A stretch of 64,000 nt of DNA from a virus: IMG/VR virus record IMGVR_UViG_3300049893_002799, positions 17,273 to 81,272 of that record; one strand, given 5' to 3'. Below are positions 1-8,464 of the stretch, piece by piece. The notes beneath the pieces are model-generated. The model searched no databases. It was not told the DNA's origin and saw only the letters and a program-made list of their open reading frames with translations. The translations under genes were made by a program, and so were the position numbers. Position 1 is the first letter of the stretch, and each line of letters starts with the position of its first letter.

Positions 1-211
1 CAACCTCCAGATTGTTACCAGCGCATTATACAAATAAAAAAAAATTTTCATTTTGACTCCAAAAAACATGTTTTCGCGGGTAAAATAAATTTGTATATAC
101 CCTACCATACCATTCTATACATTTCTTATTAGAAAATACATACGCGCGCTATGCGCGCGTGTTATGCAGGCGCTTCGCGCCTGCATGTAAGGTTTAGAAG
201 AGAGTGTATTT

Positions 212-451
212 TTAAGGAAGTGGTAGTGTGAGGTCCAAATCTATTACTTCAAAGTCAACTACTGCACCAGCATATGGAAAGTAGTTATCTTTCACTATCT
301 CAAGTCTCTTTTTAAGAGGTTCTGCCCTATGAATATTAGCCATTATGAGGGGGTGGATCTTGTCTATAAATAAGTCTAACTCTTGTTCAGAGTTAAAAAT
401 CATGTAGTCTAGATATTTATTGTGCTCACCAAGCAGTATGAGAATTTTCAT
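212..451 (-). CDS. hypothetical protein
   Basis: 79-aa ORF; ATGA overlap with the sigma factor stop codon. Confidence 0.65.
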   Translation of the reverse strand: MKILILLGEHNKYLDYMIFNSEQELDLFIDKIHPLIMANIHRAEPLKKRLEIVKDNYFPYAGAVVDFEVIDLDLTLPLP

Positions 452-1134
452 TTTATGCCATATTTTAGTCTTAAAACTTTCTCTTCTCTAAAAGAGAGAT
501 CTTGCAGGGAAGATGTTATGGTGTTATTAAGTTCGTTTTCCATTGCGGAGAATGATGGACTATTGTTGTCAGTGAGAGTATCGCTGTACCGAACATCGCT
601 ATCTTCTACAATTAGGTCATCTATACTAGCTAGAGGTGCACCAAAATTTATGACATCATTAACTTTATCTATGGATACTCCAGCTCGTTCAGCTATCTCT
701 TCGTGAGTCGGTGACCTACCGAACTCAGTAACAAATAAGCTAACAGCTTTAGAAACTTTATTATATGTTTCCACCATGTGGACAGGAAGTCGTATTAGGC
801 GGTTTTTATCAGCTATGGCACGTGTTACTGCTTGCCGTATCCACCAGGTAGCATAAGTGGAAAACTTATATCCACGCTGGTACTCGAACTTCTCAATAGC
901 CTTCATCAGCCCTATATTTCCCTCTTGAATCAAATCTTCAAGAGGCATTCCACGACTACTGTAGGCTTTAGCTACTGATATTACTAGTCGAAGATTGGCT
1001 CGAATAAGCTTATCTTTTGCTCTACTGTCACCAGCTAAAATCTGCTTTGCAAGTTCGACTTCTTGTTGATAGGTTAAAAGAGGTGTTTTTGCGGCCTCTT
1101 TCATGTAGAGTTTTAGAATATCTGTGTCGCTCAT
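448..1134 (-). CDS. sigma70/RpoD-family RNA polymerase sigma factor, truncated before region 4.2
   Basis: Region 1.2 ([13 protein letters not shown]), region 2 ([41 protein letters not shown]), region 3 ([16 protein letters not shown]); ends [16 protein letters not shown]-stop. Confidence 0.93.
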   Translation of the reverse strand: MSDTDILKLYMKEAAKTPLLTYQQEVELAKQILAGDSRAKDKLIRANLRLVISVAKAYSSRGMPLEDLIQEGNIGLMKAIEKFEYQRGYKFSTYATWWIRQAVTRAIADKNRLIRLPVHMVETYNKVSKAVSLFVTEFGRSPTHEEIAERAGVSIDKVNDVINFGAPLASIDDLIVEDSDVRYSDTLTDNNSPSFSAMENELNNTITSSLQDLSFREEKVLRLKYGIK

Positions 1135-1142
1135 CTCTGTCC

Positions 1143-1580
1143 TTAGTTTTTTAGAAGTATTCGCTCCAAATCATGGGCTATTACATCGAACTCTGATGCA
1201 CCATAAGTTATCTCGATTATACAATAGTGATGACAGTGGAGCATTAGTTTTTCTAAAAGATCTAAGTTATCAATGTGGATATACTGCATAGTGTGTGAGT
1301 ATTCATCTAGTTTAAATACCTCAAAATATACAGCTTTAATAACACCGAGAAAGGAATATTTGGCGGTAAGATCTTCTTTATTGATCTTTTTATAGTGCAT
1401 CCAGACACGAATATTGACGTGGTGACCGTAACTGAGAGCATCTAGCCTAATTTTTTCGACAATGACGTGTTTTTTGGGACGATAGAAGAAGCGACTCGGT
1501 GTTAATAGAGCAGTAAGGTCTTTTTTTCGTGTAGGCGAGGCATTTGTCAACCAGCCCTGGTAAACAATAGTAATAGCCAT
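1143..1580 (-). CDS. hypothetical protein
   Basis: 145-aa ORF tightly packed in a minus-strand operon. Confidence 0.65.
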   Translation of the reverse strand: MAITIVYQGWLTNASPTRKKDLTALLTPSRFFYRPKKHVIVEKIRLDALSYGHHVNIRVWMHYKKINKEDLTAKYSFLGVIKAVYFEVFKLDEYSHTMQYIHIDNLDLLEKLMLHCHHYCIIEITYGASEFDVIAHDLERILLKN

Positions 1581-1581
1581 T

Positions 1582-2325
1582 TTACCAACCTAATAAAGAT
1601 AAGGCCTTATTACGTTCCTCTTGTTTCTTTTTGGCTTCTTCAAGAATTTTTTGCTGCTCTTCTGGCGATAGAGCTTCAAATTCTTCTACTTCACGAAACT
1701 TCTGTCGAAATACTTCTTTAGTCGGCCAATGCAGACCGCAGAGTTCACCTTTATGAGAGTTATCAATACAGATAGCAAATAGTGTATTGTTATCAATATG
1801 TTCTCTTAAAGTGCCGTTATGGCCATATACCATAAACTTACTCTGCGGAACATATGGAACATACCTATTCCAGATAAAATAATGATCTCGACTATAAGGG
1901 TCATCTGGAACATATTCTAAACTTGTTATAGGAGCATGACTTACAAAGAGGTCATCTGTTTGAAAGTATAGGGGACGTTTTTTAAGCCAACTTAAATGTG
2001 ACTCTGGAATTTTTGCGCTAGATAGATCTGTTTGGCCCTTTTTTAAATAAGACCTTAATGTAGCAGAGCCGCCATTGTACATCCAATCCTGGTAACCACT
2101 GAATCTATTACTGTCTATCATCATATCTTCATGGTTGCCGTAGATGGCTTCAGCTTTACCTAGTTTTTGATGTCTCATAAACCATTGAATAACTTGCTTA
2201 GATTGTGGACCACGATCGATCATATCACCAACAGATAGTATTAGATCGGCTTCAGGCATTTTGGCTAGAAGTTTCTGAAACTCATCAAAGCGACCCGCAA
2301 TATCGCCGATAATATTGATCTTCAT
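1582..2325 (-). CDS. metallophosphoesterase (lambda NinI/PPP-type Ser/Thr phosphatase family)
   Basis: GDIAG, GDMIDRG, GNHED, VSHA and YGH motifs. Confidence 0.88.
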   Translation of the reverse strand: MKINIIGDIAGRFDEFQKLLAKMPEADLILSVGDMIDRGPQSKQVIQWFMRHQKLGKAEAIYGNHEDMMIDSNRFSGYQDWMYNGGSATLRSYLKKGQTDLSSAKIPESHLSWLKKRPLYFQTDDLFVSHAPITSLEYVPDDPYSRDHYFIWNRYVPYVPQSKFMVYGHNGTLREHIDNNTLFAICIDNSHKGELCGLHWPTKEVFRQKFREVEEFEALSPEEQQKILEEAKKKQEERNKALSLLGW

Positions 2326-2360
2326 CTGCTTTCCTCAATATAACCCATATTTACCTCAGA

Positions 2361-2436
2361 TGGTGCTCCCGACGGGACTCGAACCCGCATCTCTGACTTT
2401 TAGAGGGTCGTGTTTTAGCCATTAAACTACGGGAGC
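2361..2436 (-). tRNA. tRNA with anticodon CUA (amber suppressor type), encoded CCA
   Basis: 76 nt: GCTCCCG TA GTTT AATGGCTA AAAC A CGACC CTCTAAA AGTCA GAGAT GCGGG TTCGAGT CCCGT CGGGAGC A CCA; perfect acceptor stem, canonical D-loop GG and TTCGA; anticodon stem has two C.A mismatches. Confidence 0.85.
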
Positions 2437-2443
2437 AATATCT

Positions 2444-2779
2444 TTATACTAAAGGAAGCGATTTCAATAAGCTTTCTAGTGTTAGACCCCAAGCTGCTAT
2501 AGCTGTCTGCTGATTGCCGATATCTGGTTCATAGAATTCATTGTAAGAATTAGTTGTTGACTTTATTTTACTCGACCATTCTTGAAGTTGTTCAAGATTT
2601 CTCACTTTTAATAAGACAATAGTTTCATTTTTCCACAGCAACTGATCTTCACATTGACCGCACCGGCAAGGTATCCTGTTATCGTATAGCATGAATTCAG
2701 CTACCGCATGAGTAGCCTGAACTGCTTGCTGGGATTTTGACAAATCTCCGCGCACCAAGACATATAGCTTGTTAACCAT
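2444..2779 (-). CDS. peptidyl-tRNA hydrolase PTH2-like protein
   Basis: KLYVLVRGDLSKSQQAVQATHAVAEF ... W.NETIVLLKV ... FYEPDIGNQQTAIA pattern of phage PTH2-like proteins; start moved to the ATG overlapping the upstream gene end. Confidence 0.75.
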   Translation of the reverse strand: MVNKLYVLVRGDLSKSQQAVQATHAVAEFMLYDNRIPCRCGQCEDQLLWKNETIVLLKVRNLEQLQEWSSKIKSTTNSYNEFYEPDIGNQQTAIAAWGLTLESLLKSLPLV

Positions 2780-3071
2780 TTGATGCCTCAACTGATATCT
2801 CACTATATTCTTTCATTATAGAGTCTATAAGTGACCAGTTGGGTTCATTTCCCTCTTTCACCTTATTCTCTATTTGCTGATACTTTTTTCCACGAAGTAA
2901 GCAATAAGCAATATGGAGATGACGGTAATCACCTGCCGGTTTATTTCTAGCGAAGATATAATAGGTGTCCCACAGGATTTTGCCGCGCTGACAATCCTTG
3001 TAAAGGTGTTTTTCTGCACGAATAGAGAGAGCCAATTCTTTAAGACGATTTTTAAGTTCTTTGATTTTCAT
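2772..3071 (-). CDS. conserved phage hypothetical protein (RHLHIAYCLLRG motif), PTH2-like neighbour
   Basis: 99-aa ORF with GGAG SD; overlaps the PTH2-like start. Confidence 0.75.
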   Translation of the reverse strand: MKIKELKNRLKELALSIRAEKHLYKDCQRGKILWDTYYIFARNKPAGDYRHLHIAYCLLRGKKYQQIENKVKEGNEPNWSLIDSIMKEYSEISVEASNG

Positions 3072-3074
3072 ATG

Positions 3075-3157
3075 TTACTCCATTTATTAAGTTAAGATAC
3101 AAACTATATAATGGAGTAATGCTAGGGAGGTTTAAATATGGGGCGTATCTACATCAC
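3075..3157 (-). promoter_or_regulatory. candidate translational attenuator: amber-containing leader ORF plus SD-sequestering hairpin
   Basis: GTG ATG TAG ATA CGC CCC ATA TTT AAA CCT CCC TAG CAT TAC TCC ATT ATA TAG TTT GTA TCT TAA (3157-3092); 10-bp perfect inverted repeat 3110-3119/3075-3084 covering the GGAG SD of the gene starting at 3071. Confidence 0.55.
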
Positions 3158-3699
3158 TTCAGGATTCCTTTTTCTATATCTTTTAAGATATCGCTTATCT
3201 CTTCTTCATTGGGACCTTCGGGGAGAAGATCTCTCTTAGATTCTACCATGGTTTCTGGTTTTAAGAATAATTCGCGTTCTGCTTTTCGTCTGCGAACTAA
3301 ACCCGGCAATTCCTGTCCTTTTGACTTAGTCCACTTTAAGAACTCATCAGCTGCACTCTTATAGTCTAATACATTCAACTTCTTAAGAAGAGTCGAGCTT
3401 TTAAGGTTGCCTGTTCCACAGTTAAAAGCAAAGGAGACGAGCGCGGAGAATTGATTGGAGTTGAGAGGTACTTTAACTAACCCCTGAACCTCTTTTTCAA
3501 ATTTTGAAAGATGGAATTTAAGGAGTTCAGTGACTTGATCTTCTGTCATGGGAGGGTCAGTCATAGCAACTTTTCTACCATCTTGGTAAAAAGTAGCTCC
3601 CACACCGATAGTTGGAATGCCTACTGGATCTTTATATGGGGCTAGTCTAACCCCTTCAAAGTTCTTAATTAACTCAATACCTTCTTCATTGATCTTCAT
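3154..3699 (-). CDS. endolysin, GH24 phage lysozyme
   Basis: FEGVRLAPYKDPVGIPTIGVG (E-D-T triad), QFSALVSFAFNCG, LPGLVRRRKAE. Confidence 0.93.
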   Translation of the reverse strand: MKINEEGIELIKNFEGVRLAPYKDPVGIPTIGVGATFYQDGRKVAMTDPPMTEDQVTELLKFHLSKFEKEVQGLVKVPLNSNQFSALVSFAFNCGTGNLKSSTLLKKLNVLDYKSAADEFLKWTKSKGQELPGLVRRRKAERELFLKPETMVESKRDLLPEGPNEEEISDILKDIEKGILK

Positions 3700-3718
3700 A
3701 ACTTACTCCCTGTAAGCT

Positions 3719-3724
3719 ATTATA
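3719..3724 (-). promoter_or_regulatory. -10 TATAAT upstream of endolysin
   Basis: One of nine leader TATAAT boxes (also 25, 18307, 31255, 43557, 50255, 54463, 57752, 60485). Confidence 0.5.
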
Positions 3725-3726
3725 AC

Positions 3727-3987
3727 CTATCTAAGACCTATATCTTTTTCAAAATCATTATTATCATACAGTTCGCTAACTAGAACCTCAACGAGTCTAT
3801 AGCCAAAATCTTTTATAGCGAGATTTATCTCCTGATTTATAGCTCTACGAACACTCATACGAACAGCAGCCCCTATTCTATCTTCTCCATCCAGCATCTC
3901 ATACTCTGAACTACCGCCGCTATGATAATAATTTCTTACAAAAGTATCTAGTTTTCTCTTAACCTCATCTTTATCTCTAAACATCAT
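3727..3987 (-). CDS. hypothetical protein
   Basis: 86-aa ORF; ATGA overlap with the helicase stop; ends in TAG. Confidence 0.7.
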   Translation of the reverse strand: MMFRDKDEVKRKLDTFVRNYYHSGGSSEYEMLDGEDRIGAAVRMSVRRAINQEINLAIKDFGYRLVEVLVSELYDNNDFEKDIGLR

Positions 3988-5357
3988 ATCTCCTTAATAT
4001 TACAGGGAATTGTTTTATACAGCTTTAAGCGCTGATCTGCATGTCTCGATAGCATCTTGGATCCGGTTGGGCGATAATCGAGAACTAATACTTGGGTTTT
4101 AGTTCCCTGTCTACGCAGACCGCGACCTAAATTTTGCCATAGTGGACCTTTACTGGCTACAAAGTTAGCCAAGATTAGTACATCGACATTTTTAGTGTCT
4201 GTTCCCTCTCCGACCATACTATCGGTACCGATTAAGCCTGGGATAATACTAGCATTTAGTTGTTTCACATACTCTTTAGACTGTTTATCGTCGCCGGTGG
4301 CAAATGGGAGACCTAGTTTCTCTGAAAGCATTCTTCCGTGCTCTTTCTCATCCACTAGACACAGGACAAACTTACCGGCATCCAAGCATTTTTGGATGTC
4401 CTGAATTAGCCTATGATTCATCTCGTCTGAGTTTAACACATGGGCTTTGTAGTTTTTAATCTTGTCTTCAGGGTATTCACGGCCAGTTGTTTCAACATTT
4501 CTCATGATTATTGTAGGAAAGGCTAACCAATTATTCTGTATTCCCCATACAATGTCTCGCTTTATCAGCACCTCACCTACGCCAGCCTGGATCATTACAT
4601 CTTTGCCATCAGACCTAAAATCTGTAGCAGTGAGTCCGAACATCCTGCCTACAGAAGATAGACTTTTAGCAATAGTGAAGAATGTATCTGCAGGAACATG
4701 GTGGACTTCGTCAATAATAACGAGTCCAAGACCGTGTTTCACAAATTTATCGACATGGTTATTAACTGATTGAGCTATTCCGACCGTAATATCTTTTATC
4801 TGTTTCTTGCCGTCGCCGAAGAAACCAACTCTAGTATCACCAAATGCGGCACAGAGTTCTTCGTAGAAGTTTTCCGCAATACTCTTATTTGGACACAGCA
4901 CTAGCGTTTTTCTGCCTATAGATCTTATAGCATACACTGCAGTGAGGGTCTTGCCTAATCCTGTTGCAAAGTTAATAAGTCCACGATAGTTATCTGTCAT
5001 TAATGACACTGCTTCGCTTTGATAATCTCTCAAATCATGGGGTTTAGTTTTCCACGGCAGAGCTATCGGTGATCCTGTGTCTTGTCTATTATCTTGAACT
5101 ACTTGGTTTTTAAATAAGTAGGAAAACCCTGATGGGATAGTTATCACCCCATCTTGTTCTTGCATCAATGAGCCTTTGGAATTAGCAACCAGTTTTTTAT
5201 AGTATGGAGAGTTGCGTTGAAATGGATTCTTACTCATCTTTCTAATCTGATATTCTTTAGATTTATCAGTATAAGAAAGAATTTCATTTAGTTTACTTGC
5301 ATATTCAGTAGTATAATCTTGTATTACTATCGTATCGTTGTTGATTTCAATATTCAC
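3984..5357 (-). CDS. SF2 DNA helicase (UvsW/DExH-like)
   Basis: LRDYQ, ATGLGKT, DEVHH, GLTAT, QNLGRGLR; start reassigned to GTG at 5357 (ORF track extends to 5423). Confidence 0.9.
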   Translation of the reverse strand: MNIEINNDTIVIQDYTTEYASKLNEILSYTDKSKEYQIRKMSKNPFQRNSPYYKKLVANSKGSLMQEQDGVITIPSGFSYLFKNQVVQDNRQDTGSPIALPWKTKPHDLRDYQSEAVSLMTDNYRGLINFATGLGKTLTAVYAIRSIGRKTLVLCPNKSIAENFYEELCAAFGDTRVGFFGDGKKQIKDITVGIAQSVNNHVDKFVKHGLGLVIIDEVHHVPADTFFTIAKSLSSVGRMFGLTATDFRSDGKDVMIQAGVGEVLIKRDIVWGIQNNWLAFPTIIMRNVETTGREYPEDKIKNYKAHVLNSDEMNHRLIQDIQKCLDAGKFVLCLVDEKEHGRMLSEKLGLPFATGDDKQSKEYVKQLNASIIPGLIGTDSMVGEGTDTKNVDVLILANFVASKGPLWQNLGRGLRRQGTKTQVLVLDYRPTGSKMLSRHADQRLKLYKTIPCNIKEI

Positions 5358-5387
5358 ATCGTGTTCCGTAATTTCGTGTAAAATAAA

Positions 5388-5398
5388 AACCGATACGA
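5388..5398 (+). promoter_or_regulatory. AACCGAnnCGA motif (candidate phage promoter/operator)
   Basis: AACCGATACGA upstream of the + strand replication operon; identical to the copy at 62181. Confidence 0.5.
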
Positions 5399-5435
5399 AT
5401 ACGTATCGTGAATATTTTACCATTTGGAGATAATA

Positions 5436-5642
5436 ATGAAAAGTCCGAATTATGCTGGCAAACTTAAGGATAGCTTGTTTTGGTGGTTAGGTAAGCGTCG
5501 ACCATTCATTATCAATGAAGAATATAAGATAGAACTTCTCCATATTGATCGAGAGCACGGTAGTGCGAAAATCAGAATCACAAATCTTAAAACATCTGAT
5601 ATCATAAGTCAGGAGATTGCTAATGGCGAAGATCTCACCTGA
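5436..5642 (+). CDS. hypothetical protein
   Basis: ATG preceded by GGAG SD; first gene of the divergent operon. Confidence 0.7.
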   Translation: MKSPNYAGKLKDSLFWWLGKRRPFIINEEYKIELLHIDREHGSAKIRITNLKTSDIISQEIANGEDLT

Positions 5643-6171
5643 TCGTAAGGGTGCTGATCGGATCTTCGAGAAGTGGAAAAGCACCTTTCGCGATAAACCT
5701 AAAGGTAAAGATTACCTTTACGAAAACTTTAGTGAGCTATTCTTCGAGATGAGTCGTAACTATATTGTTTCAGATATCGCTTATGAGTACGTGAAACAAG
5801 CAGCTACACTCCATCTTCCAGATAGCTATATCGTAGATAGAACATATAATAGCTCTATGTCTCGAAAAAGTCAGACTAAAGCTGAGTTTTTTGAGGGATG
5901 GAAAGCCCTTATCTTCGATAAAGCAACTCAAGCCTTTTATGACATCTATCCACTGGAATCTGGTGCAGATTCTGCTGCAGAAAAGATACAGCTGCCAAAA
6001 GGTATGTCTAAAAAGGAGTACGTTCTTCAGCGACAGCACGCGAGGGAATTTCCTCTTCTTGACCTGTCTGCAATTATGGAATCGTATAAAACCATTCAAG
6101 ATGAGAATTCAGTATCATTTGATGATTTACTAGGAGATTTTGATGGCAAAGATAGACCAGGACAAGATTAA
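5623..6171 (+). CDS. hypothetical protein upstream of helicase (possible loader/initiator)
   Basis: AGGAG SD; overlaps its neighbours; function inferred from position only. Confidence 0.7.
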   Translation: MAKISPDRKGADRIFEKWKSTFRDKPKGKDYLYENFSELFFEMSRNYIVSDIAYEYVKQAATLHLPDSYIVDRTYNSSMSRKSQTKAEFFEGWKALIFDKATQAFYDIYPLESGADSAAEKIQLPKGMSKKEYVLQRQHAREFPLLDLSAIMESYKTIQDENSVSFDDLLGDFDGKDRPGQD

Positions 6172-7159
6172 CAAAATCTTGCAAGGTTCTCCTAAAGAGT
6201 CTGCGCAACTAGAAGTTTCGTATGACGATATTGATGGTTTTGGGAGCAAGGATGATGTTGTAGCGATGTTTAAAAACATTGCTAAATATAACTCCATGCT
6301 TAAAGAGCGAATCACATTCATCAACGCTACAATTACAGCCGCTATACCTTTTACCAAAGAAAACCTCTATCTCATATGTGGTTACTCTGGTAATGGTAAA
6401 TCCACGATCGCTGCCAACGTATCCTATCCTCTCTGGCAAGAAGGCAAAAAGTCTCTCGTTATCACAAACGAAGAGTCGAAAGAAGACGTATACTTTCGTA
6501 TTGCTTGCTTGCATTTAGGCTATAACTTTAATGAGTACAAAAAGGGATTAATGCCGGTTACGCGACAGCGCGAGTGCCTAGCTTTAATCCCAAATATTGC
6601 AGCGTTTGTAAAAGTTGCAGATGTCAATTTTAAAGTTGGTAAAGTAGAAAATGCAACAGCGACTGTAGAAGGTGTAAAGGCCCTAATGTCCTCTATTAAA
6701 AACAGCGACTACTCATGCGTTATGCTTGACTACTATCAGCTGATAAAGAGATCTGTGGAGAGACCAGATACTGGGTCTTATGAGGTCTTGAATGATTTTC
6801 GTATCTGGCTAGGGCAGTTTATTAAAAGAGCAGAGATACCTGTTGTCGTGTTTGCGCAGCTTCACTCGTTAGGCAAGCGCAACAACAAGGATCTCGATAA
6901 CCGCATAAAGCACTGTCCAGACATTTATGAGCCATCAACAGTCGTTATCGAAGTTATTCCTAACTTTGAAGAGAAGACATCTGACTTTTTAATCCATAAA
7001 GATCGTTTCGGACTCGCTGGCACACGCATTGCCTGTGCTTTTGAAAAAGGTCGATATGTTAATATCTCTGAGGAAACTCTAGCTAAACTGAGAGATGAAA
7101 AAGTAAGCGATTTGAAGAACCTGATAGATGGTGAAGAATCGGAGAACAAAGATGAGTGA
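6143..7159 (+). CDS. replicative helicase, DnaB/SF4-like
   Basis: Walker A GYSGNGKST, TNEE, Walker B VMLDYYQLI, VVFAQL, KDRFG. Confidence 0.85.
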   Translation: MAKIDQDKINKILQGSPKESAQLEVSYDDIDGFGSKDDVVAMFKNIAKYNSMLKERITFINATITAAIPFTKENLYLICGYSGNGKSTIAANVSYPLWQEGKKSLVITNEESKEDVYFRIACLHLGYNFNEYKKGLMPVTRQRECLALIPNIAAFVKVADVNFKVGKVENATATVEGVKALMSSIKNSDYSCVMLDYYQLIKRSVERPDTGSYEVLNDFRIWLGQFIKRAEIPVVVFAQLHSLGKRNNKDLDNRIKHCPDIYEPSTVVIEVIPNFEEKTSDFLIHKDRFGLAGTRIACAFEKGRYVNISEETLAKLRDEKVSDLKNLIDGEESENKDE

Positions 7160-8039
7160 CGATCTTGCTATATCTACTAAACATTGCTTAATTTGTAAAG
7201 GTGGCCGTAAGAACGCTTGCCTTCATTGGCATGAGAATGAAGATGACGGAGGTATTTGGGTATACTGCGTTGGTAAGTGTAAGCGCGGATACTCGATACA
7301 GGAGTACTGTACGCTCGCTGGCCTATCTTTGCACGAGTTTCTTAAGAACGATTTTGAGTTTGAAGAGAAGCGACCAAATGAAGTTCAGAAGATGGCGTGG
7401 CCTAAGAACTTTATTCCACTGTACGATACTCGCGCTAAGAAGGGTGTGGAGTATATAAAATCTCGCGGACTTGATCCTGATGAGGGAATGTTCTACGACG
7501 TTGAGCGTGAGGGCATTGTCTTCCCTTTCTACTACGAAAATGTCTTTTGCGGTGCACAGGTAAGATTTATTACTCCTCGCACAACCGAGGACGGCGAAGA
7601 ATGGAAGATAACAACCCTCCCTGGGACGAGGTTAGGACTACTAGTATTCAACTATAATCAAGTACCTTTTAGAACCAACATCAAAGCAGTAGTAGTGTGT
7701 GAAGGTGCATTCAATGCACTAAGTATCCAGCAAACATTCAACGAGATCCATGGCGGTATACTTAACAACCCGTTCAAGGCTATTGCGCTGTCCGGATCAG
7801 GTGTATCAGATCATCATATTGAGCTCCTAAAAGACCTAAAAGATCAGGGGTATCGTATAATCGCGGCACCAGATACAGATGCCGCAGGTTTACATATGCT
7901 GAATAAGCTTAAAGAAGCAGAAGTGATAACGCACTATGCTCTCACTAATGATGATGAGCTGGACTGGAATGACATGCTTAAGACTCTCGGAAAGAGAGAG
8001 TTTGCCAAATTTTTTCTTGGGAGTGTAAAGAGTGTCTAA
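7152..8039 (+). CDS. DNA primase (Zn finger + TOPRIM)
   Basis: CLIC...C...C zinc-binding region, YIKSRGL, VVCEGAFNAL, APDTDAAG, DWND; adjacent to the helicase. Confidence 0.87.
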   Translation: MSDDLAISTKHCLICKGGRKNACLHWHENEDDGGIWVYCVGKCKRGYSIQEYCTLAGLSLHEFLKNDFEFEEKRPNEVQKMAWPKNFIPLYDTRAKKGVEYIKSRGLDPDEGMFYDVEREGIVFPFYYENVFCGAQVRFITPRTTEDGEEWKITTLPGTRLGLLVFNYNQVPFRTNIKAVVVCEGAFNALSIQQTFNEIHGGILNNPFKAIALSGSGVSDHHIELLKDLKDQGYRIIAAPDTDAAGLHMLNKLKEAEVITHYALTNDDELDWNDMLKTLGKREFAKFFLGSVKSV

Positions 8040-8436
8040 TGCTAAGCAAGAAGTTGAAAAACTGATACAGAAAAGACGCGACAAGATACGCAATGCCCGT
8101 CGTAGGCAGGTGCGGCAAGAAGATGTATACAAGATAATTGTGGATTTTATAAAAGATATGGATAAGGCGACATCCGGTAGTAGATCCTTCGTAGATTTCG
8201 ACAGTAGCTTAAACGAGGCTGCACGAAAACTGGATGCAGGAATCTCCAGACTAGATCCTAGAGCTAACGTTCGGATAGTATGGAACAAAGATGATGACCT
8301 TGAGCAGGGATGGAATGAGCTTCAAGTCGATAGCGTAGTGATAAACTGGAGTGAGCACTTCTACAAGAAAACTGGCAGAAATAAAGAAGAGACGGTCGAT
8401 ATCGGTCATCTCTTTCTTGAGGGATACTTTAGTTAG
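8032..8436 (+). CDS. hypothetical protein
   Basis: 134-aa ORF, last gene of the operon, ends in TAG. Confidence 0.7.
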   Translation: MSNAKQEVEKLIQKRRDKIRNARRRQVRQEDVYKIIVDFIKDMDKATSGSRSFVDFDSSLNEAARKLDAGISRLDPRANVRIVWNKDDDLEQGWNELQVDSVVINWSEHFYKKTGRNKEETVDIGHLFLEGYFS

Positions 8437-8460
8437 AGCCTGATTACTCAGGCTCTTTTT
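8435..8460 (+). terminator. intrinsic terminator between convergent operons
   Basis: AGAGCCTGA-TTAC-TCAGGCTCT followed by TTTT. Confidence 0.8.
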
Positions 8461-8464
8461 GGTA

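Noticed and set aside
2300-2360. Theta/HDV-like ribozyme 3' of the suppressor tRNA
   Set aside because: The trailer starts TCTGAGG, is AT-rich and shows no nested pseudoknot; CCA is already encoded.
2361-2436. tRNA-Pyl, or a + strand tRNA-Leu(TAG)
   Set aside because: It has canonical D-loop GG, TTC, a 5-nt variable loop and A73, unlike tRNA-Pyl; T-arm position and CCA fit only the minus strand.
3154-3987. Holin/spanin next to the endolysin
   Set aside because: Neighbouring ORFs lack TM segments or lipoboxes; the lysis partners must lie elsewhere.
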